From NCBI GenBank assembly GCA_964641155.1, contig CAZXJO010000001.1:149144-213143 (forward strand): a stretch of DNA of 64,000 bases. Reading direction: 5' to 3'. Shown one piece after another: positions 37,897 through 47,194 of this stretch. The position numbers were made by a program, and so were the translations under genes. This stretch comes from an uncultured Desulfurococcaceae archaeon. GTDB taxonomy: Archaea > Thermoproteota > Thermoprotei_A > Sulfolobales > NBVN01. Below the pieces are notes generated by a model. The model saw only the letters and a program-made list of their open reading frames with translations, was not told the DNA's origin and made no database searches. The stretch's first letter is position 1, and every line of letters begins with the position of its first letter.

Positions 37897-39246
37897 TTGA
37901 AGTTAGGGGAGAGGTCGTTGGCTTCATTCGATATAGGGGTTTTAGGATGTGGCTGGGCTGGTGCCGTAAGCAGTTACTTACTTTCTTTAAAGTATCCTGG
38001 AAGCAGCATCGTATGTATTGATAAGGACGACTCGTTGGGCGGCTTACTGAAGAGCGCCGTGGTTGATGGCTTCCTCTTCGACGTGGGTGGAAGCCATGTT
38101 ATATTCTCAAGTAACCCAAGTACCTTGAGTGAGATCCTCAGCTTCCTAGATGGGAATGTCTCACTCCATGAAAGGAAGTCCTACATACTCCTCAACGGTG
38201 AGAGCATTCCATACCCCTTCGAGAACTCCCTCTACGCGCTACCCCCTACTACAAGGGGTGAGATCTTGGTATCATTCGTTGAGAGTCTGTTGAGCAGGTG
38301 TAACGAACCGGGCTGGGAACCACGTAACCTACGCGATTGGATGTACGGTTATTTCGGAAGGGAGTTAAGCAAGCTTTACCTCGAACCTTACAACCGTAAG
38401 TTATGGAAAAGACCCTTAGAGGAGATGGATGTTGACTGGGTTCACATACCTGGTAGGTTGCCAATCCCTGATTGGAGGGAGGTTATCTTCTCAGGTGCTG
38501 GGGTGAGGACTGAAGGGTATAGGGAACAGGCAAGGTTTTACTACCCCCTACACGGCGGAATCCAATCACTCTTCAACAGCGTCCTAGGTAAAGCCCTTAG
38601 GAACGGGGTTAAAGTTGTGAGGGAGGTTAAAGTAACCAGGGTAAGGAAATTAACTGGCAGTTGGTTAGTAAATGACTCAATAGAGGTGAAGAAGTTGGTA
38701 TCTACGATACCGCTTAACGAATTGATCATGGCCATGGACCTACGTGACGATGTGCTGCTGCGTCTGTCTAAGCAACTTGATTACAACTCGGTAGCAGTTG
38801 TAGGTGTAGGACTCAGAAGGAGGGCTCCCCCAACACATTGGGTTTACAATACGAGGGACGATGTCATATTCCACAGGCATGCATGGATATCGAACTACAG
38901 CTCCTACAACACACCCAACAACGAGGAGTACTCCAGCTTAATTGCTGAGGCTACGTTCCCACCAACTAAGAAACTACCTCACGACAAACTGGTAGATGAG
39001 GTTATCTCAGGCCTAACAAAGATTGGTGTCCTGGAAAACCCTGATAAGGAGGTGATGTTCGTCAAGCTATGGACACATGAGTACGGCTACCCCATACACA
39101 CCATCAAATCCAACACAGCGAGGGATGAGTTGGTGAGGACGTTGAATGGGGAAGGCGTTACATTAATTGGCAGGTGGGGGTGTTGGAGGTACTTGAATAT
39201 TGATAGGGTTTATGAACAAGCCGTGAAGGCTGTGAACAACTTGTGA
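37897..39246 (+). CDS. FAD-dependent oxidoreductase (amine oxidase / UDP-galactopyranose mutase-like)
   Basis: N-terminal dinucleotide-binding fold IGVLGCGWAGAVSSYLL..DKDDSLGGL. 449 aa. TTG start. Confidence 0.6.
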   Translation: MKLGERSLASFDIGVLGCGWAGAVSSYLLSLKYPGSSIVCIDKDDSLGGLLKSAVVDGFLFDVGGSHVIFSSNPSTLSEILSFLDGNVSLHERKSYILLNGESIPYPFENSLYALPPTTRGEILVSFVESLLSRCNEPGWEPRNLRDWMYGYFGRELSKLYLEPYNRKLWKRPLEEMDVDWVHIPGRLPIPDWREVIFSGAGVRTEGYREQARFYYPLHGGIQSLFNSVLGKALRNGVKVVREVKVTRVRKLTGSWLVNDSIEVKKLVSTIPLNELIMAMDLRDDVLLRLSKQLDYNSVAVVGVGLRRRAPPTHWVYNTRDDVIFHRHAWISNYSSYNTPNNEEYSSLIAEATFPPTKKLPHDKLVDEVISGLTKIGVLENPDKEVMFVKLWTHEYGYPIHTIKSNTARDELVRTLNGEGVTLIGRWGCWRYLNIDRVYEQAVKAVNNL

Positions 39247-39384
39247 GTGACATGCTATTACGCATCTTGGTATTACTAGATATTTCCATCTCCCTAATGT
39301 GAGCTTAAGTAGTAACACGTTATCTGCGTGATGCCCGCTTAGTCTTAAATAATTAAGTGTTGGATTATTTACTAGGGCGCTTGC

Positions 39385-39627
39385 TTGATGAGGAAACTCG
39401 GCCACTTCTCACACAGGTCTGCTTCAGGTAGGTTAGTGGTTAAGATATCAGAGCATGTCAGACCCCCCAAACTTGGGGTTAAAGTTTTTACCTCTGATGG
39501 TAGGGTGGTGGGCTTATTGGTTGACGTGATTGGACCTACTAAAAACCCTTACGCAATAATCAAACCCCTAACAAGTGATACCTTGTTAGAACCGTTCGAG
39601 GCAGTATATTCGAGGTGTTCTACATGA
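39385..39627 (+). CDS. gar1: H/ACA RNP protein Gar1
   Basis: KLGHFSHRSASGRLVVK....PPKLGVKVFTSDGRVVGLLVDVIGPTKNPYAIIKP is the Gar1 barrel signature. It sits next to tfb, an arrangement I recall from other archaea. Confidence 0.75.
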   Translation: MMRKLGHFSHRSASGRLVVKISEHVRPPKLGVKVFTSDGRVVGLLVDVIGPTKNPYAIIKPLTSDTLLEPFEAVYSRCST

Positions 39628-40481
39628 ACTGCCCCCATTCTTCAATAATATTTGATGAACTCCACGGAGAGTACGTCTGTTTGGAGACAGGTGAGGTTAT
39701 CGAGGAGAGGGTCGTAGACCTCGGTCCTGAGTGGAGGGCATACACACCGGAGGAATTCGCGGGTAGGGCGAGGACCGGGTCACAACTGACAAATAAGGTG
39801 CATGACCTAGGTATAGCAACGACCATAGATACCTGGAGCTATGAAGGGAGGAGGCTTCAATCTATAAACAGGAAGTTGAGAATAGGTAATAACAAGCAAC
39901 GTAAGTTGGTTAAGGCTTTGAGCCTCATGAACGATGTCATCGGTAGGTTAGGACTGCCCGAGGCAGTCAACGAGTCCTCAGGCTCCATTATTAGGAGGTT
40001 GAGCGCAAAAGGCATAATCAAAGATAGAAATGCTAGGGCCTTCGTAGCAGCTTCAATAATCCTCTCATGTAATTACCTTAAAACACCTATAAACCGCGAC
40101 GAAGTGTTGAGAATTTGTGAAGTCACCAGGCATGACCTCTGGAAGGCGATGCTGAAAATCACCAGGGATAGCGGTGAGTACATTACGGTCAAAGTTCCTG
40201 ACCCCCAGATATACTTAGATAGGTTGAGGTCTGAGTTAGGGCTACGTGCTGAGGTTTCGGCCCTGGCGAGTAGGATATTAAGCATTGCTAAAAGTAGGGG
40301 TGTAACCAGCGGGAAGGGCCCCGTCGGCTTGGCAGCCGCAGCACTATACATAGCCTCCGTGCTATTAGATGATAAAAGAACCCAGCGGGAAATAGCTGAC
40401 AAGTGCAACATAACTGAAGTAACTGTTCGTAATCGGTATAGGGACCTAGTCGACAACATCACGATAGTTGTGGAGATCTAG
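39615..40481 (+). CDS. tfb: transcription factor B (TFB) with degenerate Zn-ribbon
   Basis: B-reader/linker DLGPEWRAY, two cyclin folds, and C-terminal HTH REIADKCNITEVTVRNRYRDL. The N-terminal ribbon retains only 2 of 4 Cys (NCPHS...YVCLETG). Confidence 0.9.
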   Translation: MFYMNCPHSSIIFDELHGEYVCLETGEVIEERVVDLGPEWRAYTPEEFAGRARTGSQLTNKVHDLGIATTIDTWSYEGRRLQSINRKLRIGNNKQRKLVKALSLMNDVIGRLGLPEAVNESSGSIIRRLSAKGIIKDRNARAFVAASIILSCNYLKTPINRDEVLRICEVTRHDLWKAMLKITRDSGEYITVKVPDPQIYLDRLRSELGLRAEVSALASRILSIAKSRGVTSGKGPVGLAAAALYIASVLLDDKRTQREIADKCNITEVTVRNRYRDLVDNITIVVEI

Positions 40482-40491
40482 CGGACTGCCC

Positions 40492-40527
40492 ATTGAGGTA
40501 ATTCGCTGCAGTACCAACCTCAATTTT
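40492..40527 (+). terminator. hairpin plus T-run downstream of tfb
   Basis: ATTGAGGT (40492-99) pairs with ACCTCAAT (40517-24) and is followed by TTTT. Confidence 0.4.
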
Positions 40528-40596
40528 CAAACTTACCTCAACGATCATCCATAATTAATTAAAGGCTTCACAAAGAGTTCACCTATATGGAACTCT

Positions 40597-41799
40597 ATGG
40601 AATACGTTAAGATTGTTGAGGGAAAGGCCGTACTGCTGGTACCTAACCCGGACTTATTTAGAAGACCGGACGGTGTTTACGAGCCTTCATGGGCACCCGT
40701 TTTCTATAATCCTAGAGCGTCGTTGAACAGGGACCTATCAGTAATTACCCTAACCAACATATGCGAGTATTTCGGGTTGTGCAGACTTAACGTCGCGGAC
40801 ATGCTGGCAGGCGTAGGAGTTAGGGGTATAAGGTACTGCCTCGAAGTTCCCAACATAGAGAACTTGGTGCTCAACGACATAAACAGCAATGCCGTTACTC
40901 TAATCAACGAGAACTTAGTTCTAAACAACTTAGTGGGTAGGGCAAGAGTTTACCGCAGCGATGCCAACGCGCTCCTCTACAAGCTTAGGGAAGATAAATT
41001 CAGGTTGGACTTCATTGACATAGACCCCTACGGAAGTCCAACACCGTTCATAACGAGCACTTTATCAAACGTTACGAGGGGAGGCTTCATCGGGGTGACC
41101 GCAACAGACATCGCAGCACTCTCAGGCGTTAAACACCTAGCAGGTTCGAGGAGGTATGACGTCAGACTCTCCAAGACCGACTTCAAGTACGAGGTCGGCC
41201 TACGGGTCTTACTTGGCTACATAGCTAGGAGGGCTGCTGAAATGGATAAGTACGTGGAACCTGTTATGGGAGTGTTCCATGATTACTACTACAGACTATT
41301 CTTCCGAGTTAACAGGGGTGCTAAGAAGTCTCAGGACATGCTTGCGAACGAATTGGGTTACATACTTTACTGCAGGAATTGTCTGCACAGACACCATATA
41401 AATGACTTAGCAGCGTTAAGTTTGAACTGCCCAAACTGCGGGGAGAGGTTCGAGGTCTTAGGTCCGTTATGGATCGGAAACATAACCATTAAGGAATTCG
41501 TACGTCGGTTAAAGGACGTGGCTAAGACTAGGTACGATTACCTACCTAACTTCACTAGGCTCTTAAAACTGATATCTGTAATTGAGGAAGAGGTTCAGAC
41601 CCCTTACTACTATGACATAACAACTATCGCAAGCACGTTAAAGACGGGTATGCCCAAAGTCTCCGAGGTCATCGAATGCTTGAAGAGTAGAGGCTTTAAG
41701 GGGAGTAGGACCCACTTAGCACCAACAGGTGTTAAGACTGATGCGGACTATGAATCGGTGGTGGAATGCGTTAAAGGTTCCTATCTATGTAAGCATTGA
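40597..41799 (+). CDS. trm1: tRNA (guanine26-N2)-dimethyltransferase Trm1
   Basis: FYNP....NRDLSV, DMLAGVGVRGIRY, DIDPYGSP, and the Zn-binding C..C...C..C segment (CRNC..CPNCG). Confidence 0.9.
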   Translation: MEYVKIVEGKAVLLVPNPDLFRRPDGVYEPSWAPVFYNPRASLNRDLSVITLTNICEYFGLCRLNVADMLAGVGVRGIRYCLEVPNIENLVLNDINSNAVTLINENLVLNNLVGRARVYRSDANALLYKLREDKFRLDFIDIDPYGSPTPFITSTLSNVTRGGFIGVTATDIAALSGVKHLAGSRRYDVRLSKTDFKYEVGLRVLLGYIARRAAEMDKYVEPVMGVFHDYYYRLFFRVNRGAKKSQDMLANELGYILYCRNCLHRHHINDLAALSLNCPNCGERFEVLGPLWIGNITIKEFVRRLKDVAKTRYDYLPNFTRLLKLISVIEEEVQTPYYYDITTIASTLKTGMPKVSEVIECLKSRGFKGSRTHLAPTGVKTDADYESVVECVKGSYLCKH

Positions 41800-41898
41800 T
41801 GGGCTTACATAGATGTTCATTATCTCTATCCTTCCCTACGCCCTCCTACGGAGGTCTGCCTCAAAGCATATTAGCGCTTATGAAAGCCAAAAACAGTT

Positions 41899-42300
41899 TC
41901 ACGAGGCGGTGTCCTTCATCTGTAGGAACTTGGTTAACCTGCCACACGTCAGTGGGTTGAAGTAGCTCCCCAAGCCACATTTCTCTAAATCCTTACAAAG
42001 GAAGCAAGGTATTCTCATTGCAGGGTTTAACTTGACGATGAGCTTAACATTTTCTAACTGCTTGGATACGTAGATCAACCTATACGTTTTCCTCCCCTTA
42101 GAAATTATTGGCTCCCTCTTGATCAAGCCAGACCTAACCAACTTCATAACCGCCCTACTACCTTCCCTACTATCCACTCCTAGAAGAGCCCATAGATCAC
42201 TTTGAATGACCCCTTCTTCCCCGCCCTTCTTAACTATGTCTAGTATTTTATCCTCGAAGCTTGTCTTATCCATTAAGGGCTCCTCTATAGCTATCAACAA
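41899..42300 (-). CDS. winged-helix protein with C-terminal 4-Cys cluster (TFE-beta / RPC34-like, tentative)
   Basis: wH segment ILDIVKKGGEEGVIQSDLWALLGVDSREGSRAVMKLVRSGLIKR, followed by PCFLCKDLEKCGLGSYFNPLTCGRLTKFL. This fits the PC..C.....C....i.P..C pattern I recall for the RPC34/TFE-beta FeS domain. Confidence 0.45.
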   Translation of the reverse strand: MLIAIEEPLMDKTSFEDKILDIVKKGGEEGVIQSDLWALLGVDSREGSRAVMKLVRSGLIKREPIISKGRKTYRLIYVSKQLENVKLIVKLNPAMRIPCFLCKDLEKCGLGSYFNPLTCGRLTKFLQMKDTAS

Positions 42301-42374
42301 ATATATGTGCTACAGAGGTAATATATCTTATATCCAGATACCAGCAAAAGTTTGACGAACATTCTCAAAGTTGG

Positions 42375-42941
42375 TCACCTATGCTGCTCAGGCCTCTTAA
42401 TGTCCAGACCTCCCAACAACTCACCCGTAATGATTCCCGGGAGGAGGTCCCTGTTGCTTAATGTAACTTCATACCTTACCGCCCCTTTCAGCAGTGTGAG
42501 TACGTCGTAATCATCCAACCTCCAATGAGTTACAGCAAATACGTTTCTGGAGTTTCTCAACGCATAAATTATAGCGTCCTTAAGCTGACCGACCCTCAAC
42601 TCCATAGGCCCTATCTCATCAATGCATACCACATCGGCTTTACTGACCGCCTCTAATATCGCGTTGACTCCGACGGATACCACGCCGTCCACGTCAATGC
42701 AGTACTTGCTCACCCTCAACTCCTTCGGGCAATCGACCGATGCACGTGCCAGCCATCCTTGAGAACCGCTCAATAAGTCAACCACCTTAAAGCCTGCCCT
42801 AACTCCTCCGGACCTGACTTCAGGGCACACTATACCACCAACAACAAAACCATGCTCTCTGATCTTACCCACAACCTTGGTGAAAACTGTCGTCTTACCA
42901 ATACCTGGTCTACCAGTGATAACGATCATCAATTGAACCAC
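42375..42941 (-). CDS. nucleoside-triphosphatase THEP1 family
   Basis: ITGRPGIGKTT P-loop, Walker B-like VVCIDEIGPMEL, about 180 aa. Confidence 0.75.
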   Translation of the reverse strand: MVQLMIVITGRPGIGKTTVFTKVVGKIREHGFVVGGIVCPEVRSGGVRAGFKVVDLLSGSQGWLARASVDCPKELRVSKYCIDVDGVVSVGVNAILEAVSKADVVCIDEIGPMELRVGQLKDAIIYALRNSRNVFAVTHWRLDDYDVLTLLKGAVRYEVTLSNRDLLPGIITGELLGGLDIKRPEQHR

Positions 42942-42974
42942 CGCTGATTAAATCATTGATTACCGAGAACTCAG

Positions 42975-43973
42975 CTAATTACGACCTATTATTGAAACCT
43001 TATTAAGATTCGTCCCGTGAACGGATAGTTCATCTAAGACGGCGTTCCTTATACTGCTCCCCAAAATCGTCTTAACATCCGAGGGAAATACCTTGGTTAA
43101 CTTCTCCGTCTCCAGTATTTTCCTCACTATATCCTTCAAGGTTACCTTTCCCACATCACCTTCGATTACGAAGCTAAGCTCACAGCCATCACCTGCAGTG
43201 ACTATGTAGTCCGGCGCTGACTTACTTATCTTATAAACCACTGCGTCATCTCTATCCAACTCTAACATGTCTAGTAACTTACTTGAATCCACCGATAGGT
43301 CCGGCGCCGCCTTAACGAATCCTGACCTCAAACTCTCCACGGTTATGGGCTCTATGATGTCCTCACCAAAGATGTCTATAAGGCGTTCCGCAACTTCCAG
43401 GCTTACAGTGCTGTCGCTCCTCAAGTACTCGAAGACCATCCTACGTGAGACACCGGAATTCAGCGCTATCTCCCCTAGGCTTAGACCTCTCTCCGACTTA
43501 GCCTTCTCAAGTTTTTTGGAGTTGATCCTGATGTAGAAACTGTTCTTCCTCTGAATCAAGAATATGTCTGGGGAACACCTCAGCATGCTATCTAAGGTTT
43601 TATCACTAATTACATATATGCCGTCCTTCTCATGTATCACGTTATCGTAAGTTAATTCATCGTTCAGAACCAGAGGTACTGCACGGATAGCTGATGCCGC
43701 ATTAATCAGATCGTTAACCTCATCCCTATGCATGTTTTTAATCCCCATTCTAATCCTCAGCAATAGTCTATCCCCATCCTTAACGGCCACCAAATCTATA
43801 GATCTCTCACGGTAACTACTCGGGTAATTTAGAACCTCGAATGAGTACCCATACCTGCTTAAGATATTCTTAACTCTCTCCAACAATAACTTAACTTCAT
43901 GCTTCTTCCCGCCCGAACCCCCCTGGGACATCCTATAGGACATAAAGTACCTCTGCAGGTAGTAGGTAACCAT
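42975..43973 (-). CDS. archaeal HTH (XRE-type) transcriptional regulator, COG1395-like
   Basis: Central ERGLSLGEIALNSGVSRRMVFEYLRSDSTVSLEVAERL HTH_3 motif within a 332-aa protein. Confidence 0.55.
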   Translation of the reverse strand: MVTYYLQRYFMSYRMSQGGSGGKKHEVKLLLERVKNILSRYGYSFEVLNYPSSYRERSIDLVAVKDGDRLLLRIRMGIKNMHRDEVNDLINAASAIRAVPLVLNDELTYDNVIHEKDGIYVISDKTLDSMLRCSPDIFLIQRKNSFYIRINSKKLEKAKSERGLSLGEIALNSGVSRRMVFEYLRSDSTVSLEVAERLIDIFGEDIIEPITVESLRSGFVKAAPDLSVDSSKLLDMLELDRDDAVVYKISKSAPDYIVTAGDGCELSFVIEGDVGKVTLKDIVRKILETEKLTKVFPSDVKTILGSSIRNAVLDELSVHGTNLNKVSIIGRN

Positions 43974-44001
43974 TAATTATTCGCCGACGGGTGATTTAAA
44001 C

Positions 44002-44703
44002 TTAACCCTTATATTTTGCGTAAACCATAGCATGGTCTTTGTCGAAGGGATCCAGGTGGATGACGTCCAGTATCCCGAAGCCCCTCCTCTTCAAAGTATC
44101 TATTTCACGCCTATATACTTCATCCGGTTCCTTAGTGACGTCTATGCTTCTAGCCTTAATCGCTAGGTATAGGTACCCACCGCTCTTGAGGAAGAGCTCG
44201 GCATTCATTGAAACTAGGCTTGCCTGATCTGGTTGGGCTACATCGGCGTATATGACGTCGACGGGCTCTACCATGTATTTATACCTCTGAGGGAACCTCG
44301 CATCAGACAATACTGGGACTAAGTTCTTCCTACTCTCCGCAACAGTTATGAGTTCCCTCATAACCCTAGGCGCGAATTCAACAGCATAAACCCTCCCATT
44401 CAAACCAACTATGTCTGACACATGGCTGGCCGTCGTCCCACTACCGGCGCCTAAGTAAAGCACTTTGCTACCGGCAGTAATTGCTAATTCCTTAATACCT
44501 TTAAGCAGGGCTGCAGCTAATTTGCTCCTATACGCATTCCACTCCCTATATTCAACATCACCGAACTTGAACAACCACTCATCGTAGACCTTCTTACCTG
44601 GAACTAGGTTCTTAGTCGCTAACCTAGTAGAACCATCCTCTAACTCAACTACGTACACATCCCTGTAAGTCTGATGCTCATAAACCCTCACTACCTCGGC
44701 CAC
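44002..44703 (-). CDS. flpA: fibrillarin (C/D RNP 2'-O-methyltransferase)
   Basis: YREWNAYRSKLAAALLKG, SAM site VLYLGAGSGTTASHVSDIV, YAVEF, DVAQPDQ. GTG start. Confidence 0.92.
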   Translation of the reverse strand: MAEVVRVYEHQTYRDVYVVELEDGSTRLATKNLVPGKKVYDEWLFKFGDVEYREWNAYRSKLAAALLKGIKELAITAGSKVLYLGAGSGTTASHVSDIVGLNGRVYAVEFAPRVMRELITVAESRKNLVPVLSDARFPQRYKYMVEPVDVIYADVAQPDQASLVSMNAELFLKSGGYLYLAIKARSIDVTKEPDEVYRREIDTLKRRGFGILDVIHLDPFDKDHAMVYAKYKG

Positions 44704-44846
44704 AATCTCACCATAGTATTGACGTTATTAAGGTATATAAGTTTAGATAGGTAGCACAGCAAACCAGTGGCGATCCACTGCATTTTAAGCCGGTGCGGGG
44801 GATGAAAAGCCTCAGACAAACACACGTCGGTTTTCAGGGTTAATGG

Positions 44847-45266
44847 TTAAAGAGGTGACGTAGGTCTCCTGCCCTCCTCTTCTTCATAACCTCTTAACTC
44901 CATGAACGCTGGGATCTTCCCCTCCCTAATCAACTTCTCAGCCATTTCCTTCACAGTTAAGGTATGCCTTATATCGAGCTCTAGAAGCATGTTCAATATG
45001 TTGTATGTGGTTGTCCACACATCCACCAGCATCTCCTTAGTTACGTAGTTGAGAATGAAGGGGTCGTTTAGCCACTGATCAAATGCTTTTAAAGTCTTTA
45101 TCATGTGTTGGAATGCCTGCCTGATGATGAGGACTAACGTTAGTCTGTCGGCGACTCCTGCGGTGTCGTTTATCTGGCTGAACATCTCAACAGCTTTCCT
45201 TTGCATGTCTACCCACTCACTCAGGGTTCCGAGTGACGATAGAATTCTTGATAGCCTTGATGACAT
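44847..45266 (-). CDS. hypothetical helical protein
   Basis: 139-aa ORF. No motif recognised. Confidence 0.4.
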   Translation of the reverse strand: MSSRLSRILSSLGTLSEWVDMQRKAVEMFSQINDTAGVADRLTLVLIIRQAFQHMIKTLKAFDQWLNDPFILNYVTKEMLVDVWTTTYNILNMLLELDIRHTLTVKEMAEKLIREGKIPAFMELRGYEEEEGRRPTSPL

Positions 45267-45309
45267 ATTCTCACATCCTTTGATTACTGCTTACGCACCT
45301 TATAAGGTG

Positions 45310-45693
45310 TTATGGGTTTAAACTGTGGGGCCTGCCCCTCTCTAAAACTTCCTTAGGTATCTTATCTGAAAACTTTTTGAGGAAGCTGACGTCATCAGCA
45401 GCTTTACGTAGATCGTCCGGTAACATCCTCGGGATCTCGTCTAATATCGGGTACCACCTCAAACACTTCTCACATACTAAGATCCCATCAACCACCTCAA
45501 CTTTCAAGCATTCATCGCAGGGAGTTTCCTTAACATCCTTCACGTACGCGCCCCTGTACCCGCAGTAGAGGTCGCAGAAGGGTTTCTCAACAGATGGAGT
45601 TCGTTGGTAGGTCTTCTCAGTGAAGACCACGAGTTTTAAGGGGAAGTTCTTACACATAGGGCATGCTATGATGTTGATTAGTGAGTACTTCAC
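45310..45693 (-). CDS. Trm112-like zinc-ribbon protein
   Basis: LINIIACPMCK..PL at the N-terminus and DGILVCEKCLRWYPILDEIPRML, the Trm112/UPF0434 signature. Confidence 0.6.
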   Translation of the reverse strand: MKYSLINIIACPMCKNFPLKLVVFTEKTYQRTPSVEKPFCDLYCGYRGAYVKDVKETPCDECLKVEVVDGILVCEKCLRWYPILDEIPRMLPDDLRKAADDVSFLKKFSDKIPKEVLERGRPHSLNP

Positions 45694-47072
45694 CTCCTAA
45701 TCACCTCATCTGTCAACTTCATAATCGTATTTAATAGTTTGTCGGCCGTTTCCCTATCCTTAGCTTCGATGAATATGCGTATGAGTGGTTCCGTACCGCT
45801 GGGCCTCACTAAGAACCAGTAGTTAGGGTTGATGACCTTGATCCCGTCGATATCTATGATCTCATCCTCGGCGAACGCTTCCATAAGCCTCTCCTTCACC
45901 GCGTTGAGGGCCTCATGCTTAAGCCTAGGGTCTATTCTGACCTTAGTCTTAATCACGTGTGTTTTAGGGAGCCTCTCGTACAGCTCATGGAGTCCCATCC
46001 CACTAAGCGCCACGCACTCCGACATGAGTGCTGCAGCCATAGCGCCATCCCTAACATATTGATGCCTACCATAAAGGAAGCCGCCGTTCTCTTCAAAGCC
46101 TAGTAAGGAACCTTCACGCATCATGGTTCTGGCAATGTTTATGCTTCCAACCTTAGTCCAAATCACCTCAACACCGTACTTACTTAGCACTTCAGCTATC
46201 ATCGTACTGGATGAAATGGCCGTGACCACCTTCCTGGGGACTCCGGCCCCCTTATTAGTTAGTATGTGCTCGCATAGTATGATGGCTGCCCTGTCCCCTG
46301 GCAAAACCCTACCCAACCTATCTACGAAGATGGCCCTATCCGCGTCCCCATCATGAGCAACCCCGAAATCCGCTCCTAAAGACCTCACGACTACCGGTAA
46401 ATCGCTTAAGTTTTCGGGAGTTGGTTCAGGACTACGGTATGGGAGTTGGGAGATATCACAATTAAGTGTGAGGACTTTAACACCTAACCTCCTAAGCAGC
46501 TTGGGGGTCGTTAAGGAGCCAACATTGTTGGCACCGTCTACAACGACCTTCATTCCCTTCATCATTACAGGCTCCGTGGATATGTGCTCAATAATGCTGT
46601 CCACGTAGAAGTCGTTGACATCATCAACCCCCACAACGTCGTAGCCTAAAACGGACCATGAAACCCTCCTGAACCTTAACTCATGGTAGAGTTCCTCAAC
46701 AGCTTCTTCGACCTCCCTGGTTGCCTCTACACCATCGCTTAACACCAATTTCAAACCGCTGTATTCCGGAGGGTTGTGGCTGGCAGTTATCATGATGCCG
46801 GCGTCGAATCCTCGCTCCCTAACGTACAGCTGAAGTGCCGGCGTAGGCGTTAATCCAGCGTAAAACACCTTAATGCCAGTGGATATCAGTCCGGAGACAA
46901 CCGCGTTGACTAAGAAGGCGTTGCCAGCCCTACCGTCACATCCCACTAATATCCTATCCCCTTCTTTGAAGTATGAACCGATGGCCAGGGCGAGTCTTAA
47001 CGCGTTCTCGGGCGTTAACCACTCATTAACTACACCCCTAACACCGTCGGTGCCGAAAAGCCTCTCACCCAC
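45690..47072 (-). CDS. phosphoglucosamine/phosphomanno-mutase family enzyme
   Basis: FGTDGVRG, active-site TASHNPPEYSGLK, metal site AHDGDADR, and GFEENGG. GTG start. Confidence 0.85.
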   Translation of the reverse strand: MGERLFGTDGVRGVVNEWLTPENALRLALAIGSYFKEGDRILVGCDGRAGNAFLVNAVVSGLISTGIKVFYAGLTPTPALQLYVRERGFDAGIMITASHNPPEYSGLKLVLSDGVEATREVEEAVEELYHELRFRRVSWSVLGYDVVGVDDVNDFYVDSIIEHISTEPVMMKGMKVVVDGANNVGSLTTPKLLRRLGVKVLTLNCDISQLPYRSPEPTPENLSDLPVVVRSLGADFGVAHDGDADRAIFVDRLGRVLPGDRAAIILCEHILTNKGAGVPRKVVTAISSSTMIAEVLSKYGVEVIWTKVGSINIARTMMREGSLLGFEENGGFLYGRHQYVRDGAMAAALMSECVALSGMGLHELYERLPKTHVIKTKVRIDPRLKHEALNAVKERLMEAFAEDEIIDIDGIKVINPNYWFLVRPSGTEPLIRIFIEAKDRETADKLLNTIMKLTDEVIRR

Positions 47073-47194
47073 CGTAGAACCACCTGAGGTATTAAGCCTC
47101 TAAGGAGATTTTAACCTTATCATGCCTTAAGCGCTGACAATAAACTTAAACTGGATGATGAGGTTAAAAAGAAGAGTAATATTTAATTCTACAT

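Noticed and set aside
39163-39405. 80-aa minus-strand ORF spanning the spacer between the oxidoreductase gene and gar1
   Set aside because: It overlaps the 3' end of the 37897-39246 gene and the gar1 promoter and start. Its composition is unremarkable, and there is no promoter box upstream on its strand.
47155-47161. Perfect C-box-like ATGATGA upstream of leuS
   Set aside because: There is no D'/C'/D boxes at appropriate spacing; the nearest CTGA is about 64 nt away, inside the leuS ORF. It sits within the leuS promoter region.
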